64,000 nucleotides of DNA from Naegleria gruberi (lineage: Eukaryota): the NCBI GenBank assembly GCA_000004985.1, contig GG738901.1; one strand, written 5' to 3'. Position 1 is the first letter of the stretch. Every line of letters begins with the position of its first letter. Position numbers and translations under genes: made by a program. This document shows, in pieces, positions 23,687-36,825 of this stretch. The notes under the pieces are model-generated. The model saw only the letters and a list, made by a program, of their open reading frames with translations, did no database searches and had not been told where the DNA came from.

Positions 23687-26600
23687 TTAATGTTTCAAGA
23701 TTGATACTTCAATATCATGGTAAGAGTGGAACGTGGGAATTTCAACGTTTAGACATGTTTCTTTCAGTTCTCGTGTTATCTTTTCAATTGTAGATTTTGT
23801 TGATTGTAAAGATGAGAATGATTGTAAGGATTTCAAATAGGATATGAGGATTTTAACTTTGATCCCATTTGCCTTTTGGTCATTGGCATATTTCAATGCA
23901 GTATTGTAGGAATCTTCAACATTGGCTAAAACAGCTTGCTCATTACTAGAATCTTCGAGTTTTAGTTTCATCTCTATAACTTTCATTTCTCCTTTCAGTC
24001 TCCATAAATCTCCAAACATGTTCTCTTGATTTGATTTCAAAGAATGTTCCATCAGTTCATCAAATGACTTCAAAACGCCAAATATTGATGGACAAGCAGT
24101 GGTTTCCATCCTTGAAATTAATTCCAAATATTTGAGTTTAGAATCCAAAATTGCATAATTAACAACAAGTGACGGAGAATTGTAATGAGATATAGAAGCA
24201 TACAATGATTCCATCTTGTTGATTAGGGATAATTGAAGTATATCCTTTTCTTGGCAAACAATGGAGTGATTATCATTTGTCTTTCTAAATTTGACATAAT
24301 TTAGGTAGAATTTCTGGAACAATTGTTGGTGAGGAGGAACAAGGTCACTTTCCAATCCCTTATTTGCAATACATTCAAGTTCATCGATTTGGTCGCTTTG
24401 CAATAAATAGGAGCAACTAAAGGTCAAGAAATGTACTAGTGAGGCAGGATGATTGATCTCTAAAGAACGCTTTCTTCCTAACTCGAAATATGCTCTTGCT
24501 TCCTCGAATTTACCAAGAGCATACGATGACCTTGCTGCGTACGAAATGATGAATACAAGAGCATCCATATTTCTAAAGTTGCCGATGGAATATTGTGAAA
24601 TGTTATCAGGGTCCTGGGAGTAAATCTCAATTACCTTCTTAGAATGGAGCCTAACTTGCTCAAAACATCCTCTGGTATAATTTGAGAAGGAAGCAGCTAT
24701 CTCATAAAAGACATTTAGCTTGGGATTGTCAGAAGCAATTTCGGCTAGTGAAGGTAAACATCCTAATGCTTCATCAGTTTGATCATTCAGGAATTTAAAG
24801 AACCATTGTTGAAGGTGTAAATGAAATAGGAGGTCCTTATTTTCAGGAGGACAAATTTCAATACCTTTTCTAATCAACTGTTCAGCAAGCTCCTTAATTT
24901 CATTATCTCCAACACTATTTATCCGAATAAACTCTGAATGGTGGAGTAAATGTTTTGCAAGATGTTCTTTCATTTGATGCAAGGATTTAGCAAATATATA
25001 GGGAGAAGAGTCAATCATTTTCAAATCCTCAAACCTTCTGTTGCACAATTCTTTGGTGTTTTTGATAAAATCTCTGAGTGTTAGACTGCTACCCAATCTT
25101 GGACTGTTCATGTGGTCTGCTTTTGAGTTTTCTTTCCAATATTTTACAACATTTCCCAAGATTCGTATGATGGCCAACCCTAATTCTCTTATGGTATCTA
25201 TTTGCTTGCTCTTTCTATCAAATAGAGTTATTGCTTTCTCAATTAAATGATAAGCAACACAAAGGTTATGAAGTTCAACTTCCTTCTCTAGAGGATCACC
25301 AGTAAGAACCTCTTCAAGAATAATATCATCATAATAATATGAATAATGTAAAGATGCGGTATTAAGGAAGATAGTCTGTTGAACCTCTTCAGAATTATCA
25401 TTCTCAATTTTTTCTATGAATAAATTAGCCAACTTGAGGTGGATTTCTCTCTTTTGATCCTTTGGAACTGATTCATAGACAATTGAGTGAATTAGTGACG
25501 ATCTGAACTTGTACTGAGATCCATTTTTAACCAACAAGTCATTCACAAATAGAGTGGTTAATAATCCTTCAATATTTCCTTCTCTGTTAATTGATGAATC
25601 ATTTGGAAATGCTGCTTCAATGACATTCAAGTCAAACTCCATTCCACAAACTGAAGCAATCTTCAAAGCAATTTTAGTTTCATCATCAAGACGGTCAATC
25701 TTTCTTTGAACGTAGGCACTCATTGAAGATACAATTTCAACATCAAGCATAGTATTCTTCAATTTAAGAGTTTCATCCTCAATCAGGTATCGTTTGTTAT
25801 CCTTTAAGAATGAACAAATCATCTTGGTAAATAATTGATTTCCTTGACTCTTTTCAAAAACGAATTCGAGAGCATCTGCATGCACATCAGATGCCTTGTA
25901 GAATAACTTGAGATATTCTTTGCACTCAGCCTTCGAGAATGGCTTCAAATTAATCACCAAGTCTGCTCTCTCATTCCAAAAATCAAAATCAATCTTCTTT
26001 TGTTCAATATCTTTGATTTCAGAATCATTGTCCATAATTCTTGATGCATAGACTCCAATCATAGTTTGAGTGAGAGGATAAACGTCCAAGAAAAGTGTAA
26101 CAAGTTTTCTTGTAAATGGATCTGTATACTGATAATCATCATATAGCATAAACCACGGCTGACTTCCATACCCAAAAGAAACCCAACAATTAACAAGGAA
26201 TTTACACATTATTCTTGCAGAAATGTCAACAATCTGTTCCTTAGTCAATAATTCTCCATTTGATTTAAATTTAACTCCAAAAATATTATTCAGTAGATAC
26301 ATGTAAGTTATATCTGATTCATCAGTTTTTTCCCGTACCAGTTCCTCCTTCTCTTGAATTGTTAAAGCTTTGAAAATGGATTCCACTTTCGAATAGTCCA
26401 GTTCAATATTTTTCTTTTTGTAGATATGTTCACAAAAACAAATCCTAACATTGGACAGCATGGAGTAAAATGGCGTTTCAAACTGTGGAGGAGAAATGTA
26501 GACGGTGGCAATTTTTGTTTTCCAAATATCTGACAAACGAGTTAACAAATCTGTTTTTCCCAAACCAACATCTCCTCTAATGGTAATGAACTTTGAAGAG

Positions 26601-28572
26601 TCTTTCACAGCATTTACATCTTCAAATTGTTTCACCTTTGCTTCAACTATGGCCTCAATGGCTTTGAACACACTATCTCTACCTATCAGACCGATTTTGT
26701 CATCAACTTCAAGCTCTGTCACAAGCTCTGATCCAGATTTCTTAGCATTGTAGTATGATTGTTTTGCCGCTATTTCTCCATTTAAAACCTTGCAAATATT
26801 GATCAAATTGCTCTTTCCTTTAACTTTGATTGGGTCAAGTATCTCAATCTTTGCACCCTTCAGTTTTGAATACGTATCTTCTTCACATAACACCATACCA
26901 TCATGTTTTTCTGATTCTTTCATTAACCTAGCAGACAAATTTACTTTGTCTCCATAAATAGTAAACTCCTTTCTATACATTGATCCCACATTTCCAATGA
27001 AACATTTTCCTGTGGAAATACCTAGCCCTCCTTTAATTCCCAATTCGGATAATTGTTCTCGTATTTCTATACCTGCTTTAACAGCCCTAAGAGGATCGTT
27101 GGTGTGAGCCAATGGATACCCAAAGCAAAACACTAGAATTGTTCCCTTCTCATCTGAGAGAAGATTAGCTATAAACCCTTCGTACTTTTCCAAAATGTGT
27201 TGAACTAGAAAGATGTAATCCTGGTAGGCATTATTGGACTCAATGACAGAAGAATAATTATTTGAATCAATAACGGAAAGGAATCCAATGCTTAGAGGTT
27301 TGATTTCATTTAACCAATCTTCTTGCCTAGCCATTATCTTGTTCCTCACAGAGGGGCTGACAAATTGTTTGATTGCTTGACTTAGCTTTGGTGTAATATT
27401 TACAGGTTCAAGATTTGATTTCTCAACTACAGTTCCAGCGAGGTCAATTGCCAAGTAAGCTTCCTCTTCTATTCCTTCGACTTTTTTACATGTACACGAG
27501 TTCTTTACAATTTCGTATGCTTCCTTTGTTAAGCACAATTCTCCAACCTTTGAGTTACCTAGCGCACTTCCCATCTCCAATAATGCATGCCCTGAGCTTA
27601 TTCTGAGATAGTAATTTGAAACACCTCCAATATGATGAGTTGTCAATGATCCAATCGAAATACCACAATGAATTTGCAATGAAATTGAATCATTAACTTT
27701 GAAAAATCTCAACTTGTCATTCTTCTGAATGGAAAGAGCACACTCCATTGCTGATAAAACCAATTCTTTAAGAGATTTGTTTTGTCCTTTCCTATTACAA
27801 AATTGACATATTATAGCTACAACTCTTATAGAAAAGGAAAAGAATTCTACTTACCATCTCCAGCAAATTTCTCGATATCTCCTGAATAACTATAAATATA
27901 CTCAATCAGACCGGTAAAATAAGCATTAATATACTTGGTTAATAACTCAACTCCATTGGGTTGTTTTGAAAGTGATTCAGTGAGAGGTGTGAACCCACTA
28001 ATATCAATCATTAAAACACATGTTTCATAACTTGTTCCCATAATCAAATCTGTTGATTCGGAATCCTCCAATTGATAAAGCAAATGTTGAGGTAAATATG
28101 AAGAAAGAATTTCCAATTGATCCTGTTCCTTCTTTTCAATATCAGAAGAGAATGTAAAACGTTTAGGAAGTAAACTCTTGACAAATGAAAAAGCCACACT
28201 GTCAACTTTTTTCAAATCTTGCGATACAGAATTAGTCATATTTTCATTGGGTTTTAAATCATTATATAATTCATTTGATGATTTCTTTGTGACGGTTTCA
28301 TTCAATGACTGAGATGAATTTTTCGTTTCTGTTCTTTCCTTTTTCTCTTGTTGGTCAATTGCCTGTTTAGGCGAAGCTTTTGTTGTTTCTTCATCTTTAG
28401 GAGGAGATGATGATATTTTGTGGTTTGAGGATGCTTTTTCCGAAACAATTGATTGTTTTGATTTTTCATCCCGATACACCTTTCTCTTCTGAGGTGCATC
28501 AATTATTTGTTGTTGCTTCTTCTCATGAGAGAGTACATTAACAGCTGATGCACATGAACAAGATGCACCCAT
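23687..28572 (-). CDS. soluble-adenylyl-cyclase-type nucleotidyl cyclase. It has tandem class III cyclase domains, a P-loop NTPase, and a TPR/helical C-terminus. There are at least 2 exons
   Basis: The N-terminal exon (27847-28572) begins MGASCSC.. and ends in a cyclase-domain start, ..LMIDISGFTPLTE..FAGDG. An intron of about 80 nt follows. The 1358-aa exon (23687-27763) carries the rest of CHD1 and CHD2 (..VFCFGYPLAHTNDPLRAVKAGIEIREQL..GISTGKCFIGNVGS..YGDKVNLSARLM), a GDVGLGKTDL P-loop and a long helical region. This architecture is that of mammalian sAC and dictyostelid sGC. Confidence 0.75.
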
Positions 28573-28762
28573 TTTTGTATTCGTGTATTTACAGAACAGT
28601 GAGGAACTATTGAGTCTTTTTTTTAAGGATGAAAAAGTCTACTGTAAATTGATTCAATGATCACTAATTGGCGCGGGTGTATTAATAATAGATGCTGATT
28701 GATGAGAATAAAATATCTCTTGCATTCCAATGAAGATGATAATTTTACAATATGTGGATGAA

Positions 28763-31227
28763 TTATGGAGCAGATTTAATTAATTCTTCTAGATTGCATT
28801 TGTATCTATCAACCTCTCCCTTAGAAATTCCAACAAATTTATATCCGTTTTGTAGAATTAAATCCTCAATATTTGGTAACAAGCAAGCAATAAGCTCTAT
28901 TCCTCTAACAATTTTTCCTGCCTTGATTGATGCACCAATGCCTCCACCAAGTCTTTCACAAACTCGTGAAACATTTGTATCCTCAATATCTTTTGAATGG
29001 TAATATTGTGCATAGGTAATAAAAGTACACAAAATTGAGAATAATTTGAATGTCTCAAATGCAGAAACTGCCAAGCTGGTATAAGTTCTATCTCTGGACT
29101 TTAATTTCTTCTTTACATTAGATGCTAATGTGTAATGCTCCTTTACAAAATCTACTGTTTTTTGAGCGATTGCTTCTGAAACCATTACAACTGTCCTCAA
29201 TTGGTTTGCTTTTTTAACCTTTTAAACGTGAGAAATTTCCAAATAATTCAACTTACAGCCTTTTCAGAGAAGGTTACTTGATGTAGATGATTTCCTAAAT
29301 GTTTAGTCATTTGATTTTCCTCAATATTGTAGAAGCTCTTAACAAATTCAATGTGTTCACTAAGTTTGCTGTTAATTATTGGAATTAAATCTAATAGCTT
29401 TTCATGGAATGGATCTTGTTGAATGACTTCATCTCTAATTTCCTTAAAGTTTGGCAAATTAAAAATATCATCTGGAATATTCTTATTATTTTCCAATAGA
29501 GCAATAGAATCGAAAGCCAATTTTAGTTGTCTATCAAGAATGCTCATGGAATGGAAAGGAGACGAGTACTCCTTATTGAAATATTCTTCACAGAAATTGA
29601 GTTGAGAAGAAAAATCTGAATCGTTCGAGTTAAAATTTTCAGACAAATATCTTCTTACATCAAATTTGTAAATAAGACCAAACATTAATTTCACAATTTC
29701 ATCAACTAGAGCTTGAGGTATGGTTTCAATATTGATGTTTCCATGAGAAATCAAATCTCTTACTCTTGGACTTTCAACCCAAATAAGAAGATCGAAAATG
29801 GCATTCAATAAATTATTTCCAATTACATCAAAGACACCATTATTATCAATGTTATATGAAGGGATAGGTTTTGTGGTAAATAATACATCGAGTGTAGTAT
29901 ACAAACTATTTTTCTCTGCTGTTAAAAGCCTGTTTTCACACCCATTTACACAGACAAATATTCTTCTGATTGAATGTTCGAATAATGGGAAAATTATGGA
30001 TACTGTTTTGTAATAGTTAGCCTTTTCGAAATATTCAATAAAGGCTCTTCTCCATAAAGGAATTGAATCATTTAACACAAATGCAGAATGTTCAAGCAAT
30101 TCGTCAATTTCCTTTCCTACAGAGGTCATCTTTAAGAACCTTCCACAATCCACATTATTAACTTTGAAAATATCTTGAACTGGTTTGCAATTAGAAAGAT
30201 CAATAATTGGCCTTTTCAACAATGCATTATTCATTCCAACAGTATCATTCAAATGTTTGGTTGATAATCTGGACAGTGACGGTACAAGTAATAATATTAA
30301 ACTGAGATAGCAATCTTGGAATTCCCTCTCATTAATGAATCCGTGAAGTGAAACATTTCTCAAATTAATTGAATTAAGAGGTCCAACTAGACATCTCAAT
30401 AATAATGTTACTTCCTCTCCGTAAATATCCTTTAACTCCTTCATGGTGAGTAGTTCACTAAACTTGGGTAACTTGGAAAAATCTTCAAATTGTTGTACCT
30501 TTTGTTTATCATTATTATGAACCAAGTCAATATAAATAGAGTCTTGAAGACCTCTCTCCAAAAGAGGAACCAACAATGATAACCCAACCAAACTATTACC
30601 AGAAAAATGTTCCTCCAATGACATTTCCAATATTTTGTAAGTAATTTCCCTCGGATAAGCAACACACATAAAATCAGCAAAGCTATCTTTGAAGTTATTG
30701 AAAAATGTATCCTTGTTCCATTTCAAAAATGCAGTGATAGAATTTTGGTTTCTGTACTGCATGATTCCATCTCTAATTTCATCATTCTTTTGTGATTCCT
30801 TCTCCAACATTTGATCAGTGAGTTGAAAGCAATTTTCATGTACAAACATTGCAATTGGTTGAATTTGTTCTGCCAAAATATTAAAGAATTCATTACTTCC
30901 ATCCTGAATATTTGTAATGAGAGAAGACAAATTAAAAACATCACAATTTAAATTTAAAAATCCTTTTTCATCAACTAATAAATTATTCTCTCCATATTTA
31001 CTATTTAATTCCATCAATCTCACCAAATTAAATAAATGTAATAAATTGTAAACATTTGATGAAAGAGATGTGCTTTTCATCTTTCTAAACTTTAAAAAGT
31101 CTTTCAATGTTTGTTCATTACCACTTAAATTAGCCTTTTGAATCAATTGATCAAATGCACATCTCCATTCGGAAACGAGAGGATGTATTGTTGAATTATC
31201 CTCAACTTGGTCACTTGATGATATCAT
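28763..31227 (-). CDS. large hypothetical protein (about 800 aa) with no recognised domain, 2 exons joined by a roughly 38-nt intron
   Basis: Track ORFs 29248-31227 and 28763-29200 are joined by GCT|gtaagttg..tttaaaag|GTT. Confidence 0.5.
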
Positions 31228-31233
31228 TGTAAA
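31011..31233. repeat. copy A of a roughly 210-bp segmental duplication (5' exon plus start codon of the 28763-31227 gene)
   Basis: It is near-identical to 34063-34272, which has an 11-12 bp deletion and one mismatch. Confidence 0.8.
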
Positions 31234-32430
31234 GTATATTAAAGGGAGTAAAACTTGAATTTTTTTTTAAATTTAAATTATCCCTTCCAAAATCGCTGGA
31301 GACTTTTTGTCCACTTTTCACCATCAGAATTTTTTCCACCGGCTAGCTGGCAAAGTGGGAGGACAGCTTCCATTTCAACTTCTAATTCGATCATCACAAC
31401 AATAAAAAATATTCGTGATGGTGGTAGTAAGCAAGAAAACAATTTAGAGCAATAACTTATTATTACTTCATGAAAACAAAAACTAACAATAAATTGCTTT
31501 ATCACAACATCATTGGATAATATTGAGTTTTTTTCTTCTGTTTATTGTTCAAGTTTGCTATTGAAAAAGGTTTGTAGCTGGTGGACAAGCGTAAGACTGG
31601 GGCATCGAAATAGAAAGTAAATTAGAAGCCGTCCTCTCACTTTGCAAGCTCGGGGCTGGAAAAAAATCAAGCGAAAATTTTATCGTTTTTCGTCACAAAA
31701 ATGAAGCTTGAAAATGGAAGGGATAATTTAAATTCACTTGGTGTTCATTTATAGATAGAAATCCCATGTTCTTTCTGTTGAAATGTAAAAAACCCAAACA
31801 TGAAAAGGGATTAATCAGCAAAAGTTGTCTTCATAATCTAACAGTTTGAGTGAAATTTCCATTTTCCATTCGAACTGCTGCAGTGTAATGGGTACATGAC
31901 AGCTCCTTAGTTAATGTATTCATTCTTGACCGATTCGACCGCTATTTGGTTTAATAGAAATAGTTAATGTATTCACTTGATTCGTGTTCTTGTAATACGA
32001 AAGGTTGGGTCTAAAAGGCATTAATCCAAGCAGCATACAAGTAAATATTTCCTCTCAGAGCAAGAATTTCGGCCGAAGTTTGAGCTTGTTGATTGAATGT
32101 AATTAGTCCCAAAAGTATTAGTTAACACAACGGCAAAAATAATTGCAAATATTCTCAAATCTAACAAACCAATTTTACAACATGTTAAATCCATTCGAAG
32201 TGCTCTCTTGGAAACTGAAATTTTCTTTACGGTTTTAGAAGAATTTGAACTGGTAGATCAGTTAAAAGGGTAGTGGATGGCTGTTGTCTTTTGTTATCTT
32301 CATGGTGTTTGTTGTGATGTGTAATCAAGAGAAAAAATTTACAAGTTTATTAATATTGAATGAGACTATTGTAACGACAGGTTTCCCATAGAGTTAAGTC
32401 TAATTCTAACAAGAATTATTCAACACACAT

Positions 32431-33333
32431 TTAAAATATGTTCTTATTCTTTTCAAGCCATTGCTTGATAGAAGTTGGTTGAACATTTGGATACTTGTTA
32501 TTTTGAATATTCTTCAATTCACAAATTCCACTGTGAAGAGCGTATTGATATTGCATTCCAATGTAGGCCCAAACGTTATGAGTGGTATTTTTGGTAGTTT
32601 CAATGAGTTTCTTAAGATCCTCAACATTTCCTTTTCTTTCCAATGTAATCTTATGTCCAGTGACTTGTTCAATTTGTTGAGCTAGTTGAGTATAGGTGAC
32701 ACGATCACCAGAAACAGTAACAATCTTGTTCAATTGTTCTGGATCAAGAGCAGCTTCGACAACATAATTGGCAGCATCTTCGTAAGTAGTTGTATCAACA
32801 AGAGTTTCAGCAGATCCATAATAAGTAATCTTGTGATTCTTGGTGTCAATTATGTTCAAGAATGGTCCAAAGAAAGTTTCCATGAAAACTCCATTCAAAA
32901 AGATAGTGTAACCAATTCCTGACTGTTTCACTTGTTCAGCAACTTGCTTTCTCATATCAAAGTGATCATGATCACCAATGGAAGCTCTTAAATAATCAGC
33001 AGAATAATCAGAAGGAATGAAACGTTTAACGCCAGCCTTCTTGGCAGCTTCCAACAATCTTAGTTGACCATCCAAAATGGTGTCTTCAGAACCAATAACA
33101 GCACTAATAATAACATCAACATTTTGACATGCTTGTTGTAATTCCTCTACAGAATCATTCAATGCTCCACTAATCAATTGAACTCCCTTTTCTTTCAATT
33201 GTTCAGCTTTGGTTTCACTTCCCTTTCTGATCAATGCAGAAACTTGAACTGTTGGTTTGTTCAACAAGGCAGAGGTAATCAAGGATCCTAAACGACCAGT
33301 GGCACCTACAACGAGAACTTTGGTGGATGACAT
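32431..33333 (-). CDS. NmrA-like family NAD(P)-binding protein (isoflavone-reductase-like), intronless, 300 aa
   Basis: MSSTKVLVVGATGRLGSLITSALL.. is a Rossmann GxxGxxG motif. The ORF is a single exon, and its codon usage is noticeably less AT-biased than the intergenic surroundings. Confidence 0.8.
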   Translation of the reverse strand: MSSTKVLVVGATGRLGSLITSALLNKPTVQVSALIRKGSETKAEQLKEKGVQLISGALNDSVEELQQACQNVDVIISAVIGSEDTILDGQLRLLEAAKKAGVKRFIPSDYSADYLRASIGDHDHFDMRKQVAEQVKQSGIGYTIFLNGVFMETFFGPFLNIIDTKNHKITYYGSAETLVDTTTYEDAANYVVEAALDPEQLNKIVTVSGDRVTYTQLAQQIEQVTGHKITLERKGNVEDLKKLIETTKNTTHNVWAYIGMQYQYALHSGICELKNIQNNKYPNVQPTSIKQWLEKNKNIF

Positions 33334-34056
33334 TATTCAGAGATGATTGTTTTGATTCAATTTTTTGTATTGTTATTGTCAGTTCAGACAAGTATGTTCG
33401 CTATTTATGCAATCCACATCTATTGAACACACTTGCTTTTTCTTTGTCTCATTTCTTCCTCATTTCTTCTTTGGTGCAGTATTTTTAATTCATTCATGAA
33501 TCAATGGACGACTCGATTTCCTCCTCTTTTTCCGCATTTTCATCTTCAACCAATTCTACTCAGAACAATCTGAGAGATTGAACGGGATGGATGTGATTGC
33601 TAAACATCCTCTGAGCATAATAAAAGATGTTTCAAAGTTGTAAAAAGGCAGGAAATCTAGTTGAAACATGTTTGGGAGGATTTTCGAGTCCTACAACAAG
33701 ACCAAATTGGAAGCTGATTTAGATGGCTAGTAAGAAATTGAACAGCCATCCACGAAGAAAAAGTAAAAGGAAACTCCCAATATAAAGGAGTTACTTGTAG
33801 AGGATACTAGTTTTTCTCTGCTATCAAATTTTCACACAATGTTTCATTGTTCGAATCCAATCAGTGCAATGTTAATTTCAAATTATTGAGAGGATATTTT
33901 AACGACCAAGAAAAGAAAATCAACAAGACAGAGTATGTCTCAACCCTTAAAATAAGTAGCTCTACAACTTTCAATAGTGAAGCGAAGGGAATCTACAAAT
34001 TGATTTTCGAGCTGGAATTACTATTTGGATATCAAGTTGAGCTATCCATCACAACT

Positions 34057-34272
34057 TCATGCCATCAATCTCACCAAATTAAATAAATGTAATAAATTGT
34101 AAACATTTGATGAAAGAGATGTGCTTTTCATCTTTCTAAACTTTAAAAAGTCTTTCAATGTTTGTTCATTACCACTTAAATTAGGCTTTTGAATCAATTG
34201 ATCAAATGCACATCTCCATTCGGAAACGAGAGGATGTATTGTTGACTTGGTCACTTGATGATATCATTGTAA
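34057..34272 (-). pseudogene. copy B of the duplication: truncated, frameshifted fragment of the 5' exon of the 28763-31227 gene
   Basis: Track ORF 34057-34254 encodes ..[61 protein letters not shown], nearly identical to residues 13-75 of the 29248-31227 ORF. There is no ATG in frame, and homology stops abruptly at both ends. Confidence 0.6.
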
Positions 34273-34489
34273 ATAATAAACAGGTTCAATCAATTACTGA
34301 TAGTGAATTCTGCTGAGTTTTTGTATCTAGTCAAAATATTTCGTGAACCAATGAGAAGAATTTTTACGCCACGATACCTATTTTTACAAGTGCCTAATAA
34401 AACTGGATACACAAATTTTTTTGCCATTGATGGGCTTTAAATAACGTTCACCTTATTGTGATCAAACGATTTAAAAATATTCAAAAAAA

Positions 34490-35011
34490 ATGTCTGCAAC
34501 AACAACCTTGAAGAGAAGTTATGATTCATTCTCAGCTGAAGACGACAGCCAACTCGACTACAACATGTGCGGATCAAAACCATTCTGTTATGGTTCTTCA
34601 TCATCATCGATAGACTTTTCTAACTCAAGTATTGAATCTACACTCCCTGTCAGACAACCTATAAAGAAGAGAAGGGACACCCTCTTGCAAACCTCATCAG
34701 GCAAAAATAAAACGGCCTATGTGTCGAGAGAAGAAATTAAAAAGGCTCCTGTTGAAGAATTCATTGATTCCTATCTGAAGGAAAAACGTAAATATATCCA
34801 ACAATATTTCCCTGATCAAAATATTGATGCAACTTCATTCACTTACGAAGAGGTTAAACAATTATTACAAGTCAGAGATGAACAACATTTCCAAGAATTG
34901 AACAAGACCGTTCAAGAAAAATTGACAGAACAATTTGAACAATTTACCAAATTCAATCATGATTATATTTCCAAACAATTCAAAGAGTCTGACTTTAGTT
35001 ATACTTCCTAA
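34490..35011 (+). CDS. Akirin-like small nuclear protein, 173 aa
   Basis: There is a basic N-terminal patch (PIKKRRD). The C-terminus, FTYEEVKQLLQVRDEQHFQELNKTVQEKLTEQFEQFTKFNHDYISKQFKESDFSYTS, is collinear with the conserved Akirin C-terminal helix (FTYDQVKMICERLLKERE..YDAFVKFTHDQIMRR..ASYVS). Confidence 0.65.
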   Translation: MSATTTLKRSYDSFSAEDDSQLDYNMCGSKPFCYGSSSSSIDFSNSSIESTLPVRQPIKKRRDTLLQTSSGKNKTAYVSREEIKKAPVEEFIDSYLKEKRKYIQQYFPDQNIDATSFTYEEVKQLLQVRDEQHFQELNKTVQEKLTEQFEQFTKFNHDYISKQFKESDFSYTS

Positions 35012-35366
35012 TTATTCAATATATTATTTTCCAAGAGGAAAGCTAAATATTTGTACAACTCTTCGATCAACAACATTTAAAGTTTAGAAAACACTCTGAA
35101 CGTGTAGGGCAGAGTCATGAAAAAACCCAAAAACAAAACTTCTGTACAAAATTCTCTCCAACCTCTCCTTTTATCCCTTTAAAAAAACACTCTATCCTGT
35201 TAAATACCATTTTCCATCACCAATCCATCCAAACTTAACCAACTCCCAATAAATTGAACCAATATTAAAAACAACAACTTTCAGTTACTCATTCCACTTG
35301 TTTTGTTCGCCTTTCCTAATTAATTTGAGCGTTGTAAAAAATTTTAAAAATTAAAAACATAAAAAA

Positions 35367-36825
35367 ATGATTAGCGCTGTTCTTATTCTCAACTCTAGAG
35401 GACACACTCTGATCTCACGTGCCTACAGAGACGATGTTGAAACGTAAGTAATCCACTATCAAGGAATGTTATGGAGTACAAACTTGAAAATCTACAATAA
35501 CAATACAAAATTTAATATTTTTCGCTTCTCTCATCACATAATCAACAACAAAATTATACAAACAAATAATCATCATCAATAACAACAATATCAAATTATC
35601 TAACAATAGTCGTTCAATCTCTAGCGCTTTCAGATCACAAATTTTGGCTGCCAAGATTGCCGATAGATGTCCAGTTAAGACAATTGGAAGTGTTACTTTT
35701 ATGTTCATTCGTCATGAAGAAATGTACTTGCTCGCCGTAACAAAACAAAACGCTAGTGCTGCTCTTGTTTTTGAATTTTTGTATAAATTGATCTTTATTT
35801 TCCAATCTTACTTTGATGGAAAATTCACAGAAGATGCTTTGAAGGAAAACTTTTCACTTGTTTATGAATTGTTGGATGAAATCCTTGACTTTGGTTATCC
35901 ACAAAATTGTGAACCTCAAGTATTGAAGAATATTATTGTACAAGGTGGTATGAAGGATATCAAGCCACACGAACTTGAACAAAGATTGAAGGAAGTTACA
36001 GGAGCAGTTTCTTGGAGAAAGGCCGGAATTGTATATCGTAAGAATGAAGTATTTTTGGATGTTATTGAAGATGTGAATATGTTATTGAGTAACAAGGGTA
36101 CAGTTTTGAGCAGTGACGTCACTGGTCGTATTGTTATGAAGTGTTTGTTGAGTGGTATGCCAGAATGTAAATTTGGTTTGAATGACAAGCTTATGTTACA
36201 ACAAGAAAAGAGAACAGCCAACAAGAAGAGATATAAGGAAATTGATATTGATGACATTACTTTCCATCAATGTGTCAAATTGGGTAAATTTGATAGTGAT
36301 CGTACAATCAGCTTTGTTCCACCTGATGGTGAATTTGAATTGATGAGATATCGTATTACTGATGGTATTGTTCCACCATTCCGTTTACTTTCTCCTATTG
36401 TTCGTGAATTGAGTAAGACAAAGTTGGAAGTTAAGGTTACTATCAAGTCTGTTTTCCATGCTCGTTTGTTTGGTAAGAATGTTGTTGTCAAGATTCCATG
36501 TCCATCCAATACTGCTAAATGTAAGATTCACGTTGCTCAAGGTAAAGCTAAGTATAAGGCTGAAAAGGGTGCTATCGTCTGGACTGTTAAACGTTTCCCT
36601 GGTGATACTGAATTAACTTTGAGTGCCGAAGTTGATTTGATTTCTCAAACTGCTGAAAACAAGAAGTGGTCTAGACCACCTATTGGACTCACCTTCCAAG
36701 TGCCTATGTTCACTGCTTCAGGTTTGCACGTCAGATTCTTGAAAGTTTTCGAAAAATCTAACTATCAAGCTGTCAAATGGGTTAGATATATCACACAAGC
36801 TGGTGTTTATGAATCCAGAATTTAA
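35367..36825 (+). CDS. apm2: AP-2 adaptor complex mu subunit. Two exons, 35367-35443 and about 35610-36825
   Basis: Exon 1 reads MISAVLILNSRGHTLISRAYRDDVE, followed by a GTAAGT donor. A 166-nt intron precedes the CAATAG acceptor. Exon 2 reads (T)RSISSAFRSQILAAKIADRCPVKT...LLAVTKQNASAALVFEFLYKL... and is collinear with AP2M1 through the C-terminus (..KWVRYITQAGVYESRI). Confidence 0.9.

Noticed and set aside
28302-28502. Basic 66-aa ORF (other frame, minus)
   Set aside because: It lies inside the N-terminal exon of the cyclase gene in a different frame, and the lysine-rich output is a frame artefact of A-rich codons.
35916-36509. Two minus-strand ORFs (113 and 80 aa)
   Set aside because: They lie antisense within the AP-2 mu coding exon, whose plus-strand product aligns end to end with AP2M1.
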